A stretch of 64,000 bases of DNA, taken from NCBI GenBank assembly GCA_027604505.1, contig JADIIX010000015.1, positions 124,001 through 188,000 on the forward strand, read 5' to 3'. Of this stretch, positions 51,917-64,000 are shown piece after piece. This DNA comes from Gonapodya sp. JEL0774 (lineage: Eukaryota). A model generated the notes under the pieces. The model saw only the letters and a program-made list of their open reading frames with translations, did not search any database and was not told where the DNA came from. The position numbers were made by a program, and so were the translations under genes. Numbering within the stretch: the first letter of the stretch is position 1; each line of letters begins with the position of its first letter.

Positions 51917-53308
51917 ATGCCACCGACAGTTCGTGTTGATCCATGGCGTCGAAGGTACTGTGAGATTGAAATCCCCCACATCAATGTGCTTCTTCGAGAC
52001 TTGTTTGAGAATGGTTTGAGAGGACTTCTGCTTTTGGGTCAGTTGCGAGGCATCACCGTCTCGGTTGTTTGGAAAAGAAAAGTGAGTCGTTGAAGGCGAC
52101 CTTTTGAGGGGAGACAATCTCATTTCCATGTGAACTTAATGCTGAAGAAGGTTCGTATGATGATCGGACAGCCCATTGTGCTGCACGCAATCTCTCAAAT
52201 GTCTCGCAGCTGGTATTGAAAGAACTCAAGGCAAACACGTTGGACGAAAGACTCAAATGGAACGTGAATCGACTTGAAAAGACGTACACTGTGCTGTCGA
52301 ACTATCTCCGAGCCTTTCAGGAACTTCATGTGCGTCCGAGGGATGGCAAAGCCTGCGCGTTGACTGTCTTTGAAAATTGCACTTGAAATCTTTGTCGGAA
52401 CGCAGCCCGAGGCCAGCAGCTTACCTGCAGTTCCTGAATCACCTGCTTTCGAAGCCGATTTCGAAGGAGAAAGGAAGGTTACAGATCTTGTGGATAATGT
52501 TGAACAGGGCTGGTCGTACAAAAAACGAGGGCGAGGGGGGGATGACAATGATGAGCGCGCGGGTGCCTTGAAATTTGATCTCCATTTCGTTGGCCGATTT
52601 CACGACTTTCCGACTTTCCCGGTTCCGGTAGTTTCGCGTCCTCGACTCTCCTCACCTCCACCTGACGGTTTTCACGCCCATCCCGCAGGCCTTCTTGGAA
52701 CTTCCTCCATGGACGAAGATGGCGATGGCTCCGAGGAGGTCCGCGCACAAAGAGTCAGGGAGCGCAGTCCGTTGGCCAACTTACGTTTCGGTCGAACGCG
52801 CAGTAGAAGAACGCCACTTGATGTGGAACAGAATGGGAACGGCTTGCAGGATGCAAATTCTTCAGGGCTTGGATCTGGCACTTCACACAATGAGGTGACG
52901 TGGCCACCAGGTCTGTTAAACGAGGATTCTGTCCACGCCGTGATGCAAACTTCTGGAGACGCTGCCGATGTGAGAATTCAATGGCCGATGTCCGATCTAG
53001 CTGAGGAAGTAGAAGCCGATGGGGACGGTCAAAAATACGAACTGAATGCAGAAAACGGTGGAGATGCAGCGTGGTCGAAGGTTTGTTTCGGTACCGCTCT
53101 GTATCAAGATGCCATTCGATTTTGACTTCTTTTGTCCCAGGATTTCGAACTACTCCGCCCTCCTTCACCACTCCTACAACCACCACCCCTGCGCCCGAAG
53201 TCCATTCTCAAGTCCAGTGAAGAAAGCAAGCGAAGCAGCAATCCCCGAAAAGTCACTTGGCGTAAGCATATTGCGGACGTCAAGCGGTTTGATCCATATC
53301 CTGATTAA
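51917..53308 (+). CDS. Hypothetical protein with C-terminal SILK and RVxF-type PP1-docking motifs
   Basis: Four plausible GT-AG exons. Helical N-terminal region (LVLKELKANTLDERLKWNVNRLEKTY), acidic disordered middle, and last exon ending KSILKSSEESKRSSNPRKVTWRKHIADVKRFDPYPD*. Confidence 0.6.
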
Positions 53309-53440
53309 TATCGACGCATATTTGTTTCACAATTGAGAATGTATACATGTCGTATAATTTGATCATTTGATATCGATCCCCAACACAAAGTTAATGGTCC
53401 CCCGCAGGATTCTACGTAAGTTAAATTGTTATGTTGACCG

Positions 53441-54704
53441 TCACCACCCCCACACCATCTCCACAGCCCTATTCCATAAGCCTCCATCCTTAACACCACC
53501 TTGCACTACTGCTGATGCAGGCGAAGGAGCTGCAGAAATGAAAGGACGACTCGCGAGGCTGTTCCCAATACTATGGTTTCCGTTTGGAACTGCATTTCCG
53601 GTTCCAACCCCATATCCCGCGAGCCGATTTGGAACAGGCAAAAGTGCAGAAGTAGTAGACCCTGCTGTAGGAGCCGAAAACCCGTTGCCTGCGGCGGGGG
53701 CGACGTGGGTTTGTCCGTTGGTCGAGGTTAACCCCGGAAAACTCAACGCAGGGGCAGAAATTGCTGAGGCAGATCCACCACCAAGCCGCTGTTGAGCATC
53801 GCGAAGTAGAGAAGGGTCAGAAACAAGACGAACAGCGAGCTGCGAACAGAGAGTGCGTGATCAGATGGTACCAAAGGATAATGAAGTCCCTCCCTCTTCC
53901 TGTATCTTTTGTTCGTGCATTATCCAGTCGTCAGCTCACCATGATTTTAGTCCCTTTCATCATATGCCCGTCCGCTCTCGCGGCTTTCTGCGCTTCAAAC
54001 CGAGAGGAGAAGACAACGTACATCCAATTCCCGCCTTCGTCGCCTTGAGCACTGGCGACAACTTCCCCATAGTCACGCATAGCGGAGAGGACGGTCGACG
54101 GTGGGAGATTTGGGGGATATCCAAAGACAAGGACCACTGAGGAAGTTTCGATGGAGAATAATGGGCCTTGGACCAGCGTCGAGGGGCGGCTTGGCCGCGC
54201 AAAGGGTGTGTCGAGTGCCATAGGAACAGAAGGTGAAGAGAATCCAGGTGTGGCTGGAGCCGGAGGGGACAGCAGCGACCGAGTCGGTGCTGGTGTTGCT
54301 TGAGTCGCCCAAGGAGAATTATTCGGAGGGTTCCACGTTTGCGTGGACGGTCGAGCAGGTGACGAAATACGGCTATTCGGTGCGTCCCACATCGACTGAG
54401 TTGGTGGATCGTCCTCCTGATGGTGATGGTGATGTCGTGTGGGGCTTGCTCCCCGCTGCGCATTATCATTGTAGAACGAGGATGATGTGGGTGGTGTGGC
54501 CCCGTAACCAAAGCCATCAGTCCGCGAAGGAGACCCAGGTAAAGAGCTTCCTCCGCCTGAACTGCTCCATATCGGAATTGGGCTTGATGGAGTGGTGAAG
54601 GTTCGTCCAGCGCCGTTGGGAATGCCGACAGTTGAGAAAAACCCCTTTGGTGCCTGGTCAGGAGCAGCACCAATTCGTGTTCCACTAGTTCCGAACGATT
54701 GCAT
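53441..54704 (-). CDS. NUP53: Nucleoporin Nup53/Nup35
   Basis: DDPPTQSMWD motif; RRM-like VLVFGYPP...YGEVV...GNWMYVVFSSRFEAQKA; C-terminal amphipathic helix GGLWNRAVEMVWGW*. Confidence 0.9.
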
Positions 54705-55237
54705 TAATCGTGCGTTGAATCTGGTCGTGCGCTTTAACAGGTGCAGTCCCTCCCATCGGAGCACGCAGGGTCCATCAAAGGCAACTCGCAAGGGTGACTG
54801 CTTGTGTGTGGCACACTGCACGTCCTCCGCGCAATGGCGCCGAGTGAGATGCAAGCAATAACACGAAGATCTTAACTGGACGTGGTGTATGGTATGCATT
54901 CAGCTATTCACGCACGCGTCTCGGTGTGGTGAAAACTATACATACCACTTCCGTTGAAGGATTGTAACTTTATCAGACTGATATTCTTCTCGTGCTACAA
55001 TTTCTTCCCGTTGCTCTGATTTGCAGTGCTATATCACCTTTTTCCAAGCTCCTTCATCAATAAAGGAGAGGAGGAAGTAGTCACCATCATTCTATACTCG
55101 CTCCTTGCAACAGAATCTGCTTATCTTTGTGTACAGTATATGTGTAGGAATTTTTTGGGGACAGAGCTCTGGGAGCCAAGCGGCTGGAGGTGGGCGCAAC
55201 CTAAACAACAGTGACCAGGACAACCTCCGCGCCTCAC

Positions 55238-56638
55238 ATGGCCCTTCGTCGCATGGGAAGCGGAGATTCCGCGCGCCCACTTTCCGCGTCGCCATCTTTG
55301 ACCCTTGTGGAAGGGGTTTTGCCCGAATCACCTGCTTCAATGGGGGACACCGACTTCGAACAGGATTTCTCGCTGTTCGGCTTGGAGGAAGTGTTGACCG
55401 AAACTGCAGCGAAGTCTTCCGAGGAATCAGTAGCAACTGAAGCGGAGGAATGGATACGACGGTCCATGCACACGGAGGACGAGAGGTGGGAATCCCAGTC
55501 GCGGGACGAAGATGCAACCCTCAAGTCCACCAGTCCGGTACCGTATCAGGTTATTTGGCCGCTCCACAATCAGCTAGCGCTAATTAAGTTTTCACCAGGA
55601 ATTTTCTTCTGCCCGTCGACGGAGACGAGTTCCGGACCAGAAAGTGACGACGGTAAGTGCATTGGGGAGTTCGAAAGTTTCAACACGAGGATCTCATGAG
55701 TATTGGGCTCCCAGGCTTCGACATGGCGAGAATCTGTTCCCGCTTACGTCACAAACTCCCTTTCACAAGACGAGATAGTGCGACAGGAGGCCATATTCGA
55801 GCTGATAAAAATTCAATGCGAGTTTACTTCAGACCTTCGGAGCATGTGTAAAGTGAGTTGCGAGACGTAAAATACTAATGACAAGCTGTCGTGTTAACGT
55901 GCGTACATGCTTCATCCATAGTACATTGAACAATTGAGGCTCGCGAACACGATGGACTCACAACGACTCCATGCTTTTATTCGTGTTGCCTTCGCAAACA
56001 TGGATGGCGATATGATGTATGAGAATTCTGCACTCGCAGAGCTACTCAGGAAACGCCAGAAGGAGTTTTGTGTGGTCGAGCACATCGGCGACGTGCTGCT
56101 TTCTAAGACGGGCATGAAGGCACTTCGCTCGTTTGCACAGTATGGGAAGAACCAGTTCTATTCGCAATGGTGGGTGAAGAATGAGAAAGCGCAGAATCCT
56201 TCTTTCGCAGCATTTGTGGATGTGAGTTCCGAATTGCTAGTTTGATCGTGGAGTTTTAACCGGACACGGCATCCATCGTAGGCACAATCTCGACTCCCGC
56301 AGTATCGACGACTACCTCTCGAAGCATTCATTACTCGTCCTTCTACACACCTTGGTCGACTACCACTTTTAGCGGGAGTAATACTTGAAAGAACTCCTAC
56401 CGACAACCCAGACCACGTTGATTTACAGGCTTATGTGCGGCAAAGCAAAGCTGTTTTGAAACAAATTGACACTGAGGTTGCGAAGGTAAACACGCTGGGT
56501 ACCCAGGTGAGCTCTTACGCTGTGGTCTGTATAGCTTTAGGTGGACACAAACTGTTCCTCTCGCATGAAGCGCTTGACCCAACCAGCGGATATTTCGGTA
56601 ATGCCTCAGCCCGCGATAGCAACGCGGTCTTGGACTGA
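55238..56638 (+). CDS. Stand-alone Dbl-homology (RhoGEF-like) domain protein of Rom1/Rom2 type, no PH or CNH domain
   Basis: WRESVP...EIVRQEAIFELIK; RQKEFCVVEHIGDVLL; EKAQNPSFAAFVD; RRLPLEAFITRPSTHLGRLPLL...ILERTPTDNPDHVDL. Confidence 0.8.
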
Positions 56639-56894
56639 GACCCGAATGAAGTTCTCTCTGTTCAAATCACCTACACGATAATTTTGGTTTCCAGGGCGAT
56701 GCCGGAGCCTTTTCATCTGGATTCTTTGGCACAAGTATTCAGTGCCGGGCATATGCTGTAGACACGATTTTACTTTTTTGATTTTTGAGTTTATGAATGA
56801 GGATGAAAGGGATGGTTTGGTTTTCCCGGCCCATGCTGCCGGCTCAGACCGTGTGGCGGTCAACCGCGACTGAACCTTTCACACTACGGATGCC

Positions 56895-59800
56895 ATGATG
56901 ACCAGCCGGAGCGTGCCATCCCCCTCCAAACGAACACGAACCATTGCAAAGCTCGCCTCGGTTGGCAGCAACCTTGTTGGAGCTCTCACTCAGAAATCGA
57001 CAAAACGGGCAATAGATTCGCCTTCCACCTCAGCTCTTTCCGAAGAGGATCTCCGACTTCTGGATGAGACATCGCGGCTTTTTTGCTCTAGAATATCCAC
57101 GAAAACTCATCGATTGGGAAAGCAGGACTATCGAAATTCGTTCTCTGGAGAGGAGGCAGTGGTATGTAAGGGACGAAGAGATTTGGTGGTTGCCCGGTCT
57201 TATCCCGGTCTTATCGACGAAAATGATTATTTATTCCTGTTTGACGTGCATCACTAGACTCTTTTAACTTCGATCGGTGAGTTAGCTGTATTGTGTGCGA
57301 TTGAGTTGGCCACTCCCATATTAACATCCACCACGCAACAAGTCGGCAGCGACATCCGAGCCGACGCTGTTGCGATCGGAAGTGAACTCCAGCGAATGGG
57401 AGTTTTTCGCCACGTGCTCTTTGATGGAGCGTTCGAGGACTCAGGATCTGTACTGTACCAGCTGACTGGAGGACCCGTCCCAACTGCATCCTCCAACCAA
57501 ACGTTTCCTTCACCAAGTGCACCGATAAAAGAGTCATTGAAACTACTTCCTCTTGACTTTGGTCCAAGCCTTGGCACCACCCTTTCATATGACGATTTGG
57601 TAAAGGGCGTTGAACGTGAGGAAGGAAAACTATCCAAGGAGTTGCGACTACAGATGCCGGCGCTTGTTGGAAAAATTCGATCGATGCGACGGCTTGTGGA
57701 GGGTCAGAAGCTAGTGAGTTTGTGGAATTTGCCACTCATCCAAAAGTTGGAACATCAAACTCACAATGTTGTGAAACCAATAACAGGATGCAACATGGTC
57801 GGAGTCTGTACCACAAAGCGTTCTGTCCACAGTTTCTGCAGATGAAAGGATACGTCAAGAGGCATTGTTTGAGCTGATCAAAGTGCAACGGGAGTTTGTG
57901 GAGGATTTGAAGAATGTGCGAAGGGTGAGTCCTGGTGTATCTGACCCTCGTTTCGATGAGTTATGACTACATGTGCTCACGGTAAACGCTAGTCTTATAT
58001 TAATGAACTGCGTCTACAAAACGTCGTGGAGCGAGAGCGCATGCGGGCATTCATGCGAAATGTATTCCGAAATATCGATGGAGAACTGCTCGATTGGAAT
58101 GCGGAGCTATCCGAAACCCTAGAGAGGCGACAGAAGACATCGTTTTTGGTGGAACGAGTGGGGGACGTATTTTTGTCAGCCGTCGGAACAAAAGCTTTGG
58201 AAGCATTTCGCGAATTTGGAAGGGCACAGTTCTACAGTCGGTGGTGGGTCAAACGGGAACGGATGCGAAATCCAGCTTTCGATTCATTCGCGGAGGTAAG
58301 CTATCATCCTGCTAGTAGCTGGAATGTTTGAAGTTGAACAGCCATCCTGTTTCAAGTTTCGATCGCGCCTCCCGGTTTTCCGCCGGTTGCCTCTGGAAAG
58401 CTATCTGACACGTCCAACTGCCCATCTGGCTCACTTGCCCCTAATCTTCGAAGTCATATTGAAGAGGACTCCCAATTATCATGTTGACAAACGGGATCTC
58501 GTAGAAGCTCTGAAGAGAGTCAGGGAATGCTTGTCAGACATCAACGAAGGCACAGGGGAGGTCACAGATGTTACAGAGGTGAGCTTCTGGCGAGTATATA
58601 TCATACGTGGCCAGTTTAATCCCTGACACTTTCGTTCAGGAGCCGTTGGGTCACCATGTGGTTTATCAGCGGATTGCCAAACAGCGACTCGAAGACATCT
58701 TTGGGGAATCCCTTGATTCCTATCCAGAATCGCCGACATTCCCTCTGGACCTGACGCTAAGGCCTTCTTATCTAACACGCACTAGTACCGATGTGGGGCT
58801 CTCGAGACGTGAGCTGATGTGATGCTTTTTTTTGTTTGCCACACAATGCGGTTGTAAGCTCGGTCGATTGCATCTCTAGATGTTAAGCAAGGAACTTTCG
58901 GTGTTCCTCTGGAAGATTTGGTGGCTCGCAGTGGTGAAACTGTTATGATCAGGACAGACTGTGGTTTTGTGGGAGTAACTGTTCCTGCGATTGTCGCGGA
59001 GTGTGTCCGACTTATTCGACGAAAAGGTGAGCGCTCCTAACTTCTTAGGCAATCGGATCTATCATGTGCTAAATTTCAATGCTGATATCTTCATTCTCTG
59101 AAGATATGAGAGTGGAGCATGCATTCCGAAAAAGCGGTAATATCCGGCGGTTGAAACGTATTACGGAGATTCTCGGTGAGTCATCGTATAAACTCTGAGT
59201 ATCTCCGTATCCAAGTCAATATTTCTATGCGTAGACGCCGATCCTGATTCCTTCGACTGTCTCGCGGAAGAGAGTGTTATCCAACTTGCCGCCCTTCTCA
59301 AAAAGTTCCTCAGAGAGATGCCAGACCCCCTTTTGACTTTCAGACTCTATCGGTGGTTCGCATCTTCACAAAGTAGGTCGGGGAACGCCGGAAACGCCTG
59401 CATGAGGTTTCTAACGTGCAGTTTCATAAGTGTTTGAGGATCCACAACTTCAGTTCCGAGTCATCCATTACGCTTTCTACCTTCTTCCTAAGCACAACCG
59501 TGATTTATTGCATTTCTTGAGCCATACGCTCAGAGATGTGGCCACCGCGGCTGTCAACAGCGGCGGTTTTGAACTCGCACTGTCAAACCTCGCGACGGTC
59601 ATATCACCTAACATTTTGTACGCCAAGCATCACGATCCAACCGATTACGACAGTGCTGCAACTGCGGTAGTCAGGATCATCTTGGAACGCCAGGAGGAGA
59701 TTGTTGTGGTGAGCGCTCAGAAGGTCTGGTCATCGGTTGACATCGCTCTCAGCACCCTCCCCTTGTAAGATCCCACCAGATATTCTTCCAGAGCCTATGC

Positions 59801-59946
59801 GACCTCCCTCGATAAGCACCACACGGAGTGTGAGCTCGGCAGAGTCAAGAAGTCCGATGGGAACTCCTCATCGCAAGCGCATATTTGACAGAGGAGTCGT
59901 CTCTGATGCATCCAGTTTTGGAAGAAGAACTGCAATGACTGTTTGA
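56895..59946 (+). CDS. DEP + Dbl-homology + RhoGAP fusion protein
   Basis: DEP: YRNSFSGEEAV...AVAIGSELQRMGVFRHV. DH: RIRQEALFELIK...RRLPLESYLTRPT...INEG. RhoGAP: TFGVPLEDL, FRKSGNIRRLK, IQLAALLKKFLREMPDPLLTFRLY and NLATVISPNIL. The exons from the DH domain through the GAP domain join in phase. Confidence 0.88.
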
Positions 59947-60190
59947 TCCAGGCAAGGTTTTCGTCACTCTAATTATACATTTCTATGGGTGCATTTATCC
60001 CAGTACTCGTAACTTATGTTGTAATATGTTATCGTATTTTTTGCAAGAGCCCATCAGTCCTCTAAAATCGGATGTGAAAATAGAGCACAACAAGCGACGA
60101 TGTGGTTGGTGTTGACTCCTACTGTTCGTCAGCATTCCCGGCCTGGCGAATGTTACTCCAATCACTGCGGTGATTGACTGAACCTCAAAT

Positions 60191-62750
60191 ATGTCATGGG
60201 CGAAACGAGCGGCTGAGTTGCGAGAGCGGGCAGCCGAAGTAGGAAGCTATGCGCTGGAACACGGAGGGAAAATCGCTACTGTTGCCAAGGAGAAGGCAAT
60301 TGTGTACGGCCAAGTTGCGGGAGAAAACCTTGCCCATGCTGCAAAAGAGACGAAGGACGCTGCCGAAAGAGCGCAGGAGAAATGGAAAAGAGAGCGCGAA
60401 GAGCGTGAACGTGAGAAAGGTGAACGGAATCTCGTGACACGCACACTGCGACATCGTGTTGGGCTGTCGCTGACTTCTTTCTATTCGGCGAATCCGCTGT
60501 CATTTGCCTACCCCGTGGCTTCAACGTGATTGCGTACGACGAAGAACAATCCGAAAAACCCAAGTTCGCCGGTATGATTTTCGGGGTTCCCTTGCAGATG
60601 GCGATCGACAACTCGAGGCTGTCGCCAGAAGTTGATCTTCCAGCACTAGTCGTTCGATGTTTGCAGTTTATTGAAGATAACGGTGAGGAGCAACGTTTTC
60701 CTTTGCAAGTGCCCCTCCACCAACAAGCTCCTGGACTCCACCAGCACTTTCGGAGCAAGGACTTTACCGTATATCCGCGTCACAGTCAGCAGTTCAGCGG
60801 CTAAAGGCAGCCTTTGATGATGGCAACGACGTGGATATAAATGCAATGACGGACATCGTGGATCCCCACACTGTCGCTGGCTGCCTCAAATTGTACATTC
60901 GTGAACGTTCGTACCGAAATTGTCTTCAGTAACGTCTTAAACTCCCTGACACTTTGGTCCCTTGGTCCTTCACGGTCCACTCTAAATCATTCCCACTGTC
61001 AGTGCCCGAACCTCTGATTCCAGCAACACAAGCGAAGGCATTAAACTCTGTTAAGCCCAATTCCCCTACCCTGAATGCAGAACTCATATCTGCATTTTCA
61101 AAGCTCCCTCGTGCCAATCTTTCGCTCATATCCCATCTCCTGCTGCACCTTCAGAAGGTGACATTCAATGCAGAAGAAAACAAAATGCCTCCAAGTAACC
61201 TGGCAATAGTTTTTGGTGTGACTCTGGCAGTGGACGCCAACCTGCTTGCTGCCATCATATGCAACGCTTCTGATGTCGTGGGTGGATTTGTTGACGTGGG
61301 TGCATTACGTGGTGTGCCGAGAGCAAAACAGAAACCTGCAAAATTGCCTGCTGTTGGGTCGGAATCAAGGGACTTTAAGGATAGAGCGCGAAGAGGAATG
61401 AGTGACTACGAAGGTCTACGGAAGAAGAAATCGACGAGCCCCTCGCCCGGAACTCGCGCAGCTCGTCGAACAGTATCCGGTAGTGGATATTCTTTCTCTG
61501 GCGCCACTGGCTACAGTTCTTTAGATGACACAGAATCAGAGAATCCATTTTTTAGCAGCACTCTAGAGGATGATGCGGAGGAAATGGGATGGAATGAAGG
61601 AACAGCAGCAAACAAGCCTGGGCAATCTTCTGTGCCACTTCCGAATGGCCCACGGCCTGCACTCCCCCCACGAACATCTCAACCATCTAATTTATTATCT
61701 CAATCAGTTCATGACAACTCTTTCACATCAGGGAGCTCAATTGTTGCCAAAGCGCCAGATGTCATTGCATCGGTCGAGCGGAAGGACGGCAATTCCTCAA
61801 CCATCTCACTCACACAAACTCAGGTTCTCACGTCAGCAGGTCTCGCTGCAGGGTTGAATCGTGGTCTTGGACCCGGGGGAGGTCGCGAGAGGAATCGGTC
61901 TGGTGAACCAATCGGTAGACCATTGTCAGACGATCCGTTTGCTGAAGACGGCGACTCTCAAAGTTACCTGCCGGGATCTGTTCCAGCAAAGGAACCGACC
62001 ACCGCATCTACCTCGGATGAGTCGCTATCTAATCCGTTTGCATCGCAGTCAGGATCCCCAAATCTTCCCAGAGCTAACTCGAACCCTTTTGCGTCAAATG
62101 AATCAATCGGACCAAAATCCTCGCCAAAGATGTCACCGCCACCTACTCGTAATAACGGGCGAGCTCCTTTCGTGGATGATGGCAGTTCTACTCGTGTTCC
62201 CCAGCCAAACGCCTCAGCGGCACCTCTTGGCCCCAGTGCTCGTCGACTTACCTCTAGCGGCTCCGTGAGTGCAGCAGTGTCGAAGTTTGACGCGCGTCCA
62301 TCCTCCTCTTCAACCACAGACGGCAGGCTGAGGTCGTTCGGAGATAATGGGAGTGCAGGGGCAACGGAGCCGCCACTACGGGATGGTGGTCCAGGCACGT
62401 CCGGTGGCCTACCGAGAAGCGGGAGCAACAGTGGTCTTGTCGTAAAGGGTTCCCACAGCTTGGAGGATAAGGAGACAGTCCCCGGATCCAGTGGAACAGG
62501 AGCTCGTCCATCGGCCTCGACAGGGACACTGAGTGGTGGTCGAGTTGGACGCACGCAACCGTTCACGACATCAGTGAAACCAGCTGTGTCGTCAACGAAC
62601 CCGTTTGTTCAGATCGCTCAGGTTACGCCAAAAATCGGTGATGTTGGTGGACAGAATGTCGCCGGAGGAAGTTCAGAGGGGGATGGAATTCGAACATTAC
62701 GCTCAAATCCGTTTTTGATGATGGATGCGGCAGCCCGGGGCAAGAGATAG
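60191..62750 (+). CDS. RhoGAP protein with helical N-terminus and NPF-rich disordered tail
   Basis: IFGVPLQMA...LPALVVRCLQFIE; GLYRIS (arginine finger); DPHTVAGCLKLYIRE; PEPLIP; ENKMPPSNLAIVFG; five NPF motifs in the tail. Confidence 0.88.
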
Positions 62751-63443
62751 CAACTATTGCCCAAATTGATATTGCAGTTCGTGTTGGTCTTCGAATTAAT
62801 TGATTGAGTATATATCATACAACATCTGTATTAACCCTATTTATCTGCCGGTTGGAGTGCCTTGACCGGCCCAGTTCTTCAGCGGGAGTCTGATGAAAAG
62901 GAGAGAACACAGCAAAATCGAATAGGAATTGTGTGTTTATGGAAAAGGCGAATGAGATTAAAGTCACAAAAAACTTCGCCGCTGTTGTGAGTCCTCGAGA
63001 CCCTGTTTGGAGCAAAATCTCGAAGGCATCTTGTCAAACCAAGGCAGAATCCCTGAAGAAATGAAATGGACATCTTGTTTCATAGATTCGTGCGACATAC
63101 CTACATTGCCATGTGGTCCATTCACCAAATTTGGAAGAAATGAGATTCTCCGAACATCCCGACGCAGCCCACAAGCAGTGTCCACAGACTCTTTCAATAG
63201 AATACAAAAATAAACAACATGCGCAACAGGTGTTTGAACGTTTCACTGAGCTGTGCGCGCTTCGTTATTTTGAGACAACAAATGAATTGATTGCTCCTGA
63301 ACTGTTCTGAAACTGCGGGGCTCCCGTCGGAACGGTTCCGTCCCGCTCCCCACAGCAAATACAGGTGAAGGGTTCCAGGCCGATTTTTCAGCCAAGATCT
63401 GTTCCCTTTATCTGACTGACTGAGGGTTACCGTCCATGTCTGC

Positions 63444-64000
63444 ATGTCTTCCCCGTTTAATCAAAAGAGCGACAGTCCCGTTCCCCTTGTTGGAAACACC
63501 TCCAGGAGCTCATCTTTACCCTCATATCCGATGGCAGCGGCAGTGGAGTTCCAACCACCATCTCAGCTACCTCCATTTACCGGCAGCTTTCCTCCCCTTT
63601 ACGCGACACCGGTCTCAATGGCAAATTGGAGTGCCGGTGCTTTCCCGCCACCTCCTACATGGGTGAGAACCTGAAATCTCCGATATGCATCCGAGAAAAA
63701 ATCGAATGCAATCAATCTCTTCCAGGTACCTCAATTTCCCATAAGCTCACAACCCCTGCGTGGATTCGAGGTAAGCAAAGCTAATTCGTGAATGCGATCA
63801 CCATCAATCAGACTCGAACTATTTCGAACGCAGCTATCACAACCTGCACCCCAAAACACAATCCACTATCCTATTGTGCTGCCACAACTTCCACAGCTTC
63901 CACAACTTTCGCAGTTTCCGCTGCGTCCGCAGCTTACAACTCCATCCCATTCACTTTCAACCGCTCCATCACTGCCAAAACTGACACAACCACCCCCGCC
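63444..64000 (+). CDS. Pro/Gln-rich hypothetical protein, 3'-partial
   Basis: ATG at 63444; phase-0 GT-AG introns at about 63663-63725 and 63771-63833; the frame is open to the window end. Confidence 0.55.

Noticed and set aside
1..64000. CRISPR arrays, rRNA, intact transposase or reverse-transcriptase genes, prokaryotic operons
   Set aside because: None seen: no repeat-spacer periodicity and no recognisable DDE or RT motifs; the genes are spliceosomal-intron-containing eukaryotic genes.

Overview
Gene-dense, intron-rich eukaryotic DNA with short GT-AG introns (many GTGAGT/GTAAGT donors). The gene content is fungal: fused tryptophan synthase, Sip5, Rom2-like DEP-DH and Lrg1-like GAP. A multi-doublecortin gene suggests an early-diverging, probably zoosporic, fungus (inference). 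Hand-spliced models give about 21 protein-coding genes. In order they are: 3' part of TRP5, an MFS transporter, a triple-DCX protein, a single-pass membrane protein, two tandem V-ATPase subunit-a paralogues, a BCS1-type AAA ATPase, SIP5, a very large low-complexity protein, a tandem SUMO-like-domain protein, RPC25, a NIPA-type transporter with a Cys-rich ectodomain, RKI1, clathrin light chain, CTP synthase, an orphan with PP1-docking motifs, NUP53, three consecutive Rho regulators, and a partial gene at the right edge. There is also an intron-containing tRNA-Gly(GCC) and a frameshifted Cu-ATPase fragment flanked by ~105 bp direct repeats. The most interesting items are a DEP-DH-RhoGAP fusion whose DH catalytic residues look degenerate (next to a stand-alone DH paralogue and an NPF-rich GAP), the ectodomain-bearing NIPA protein and the three-DCX protein. 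All gene models and family calls come from reading motifs by eye; no database search was run.
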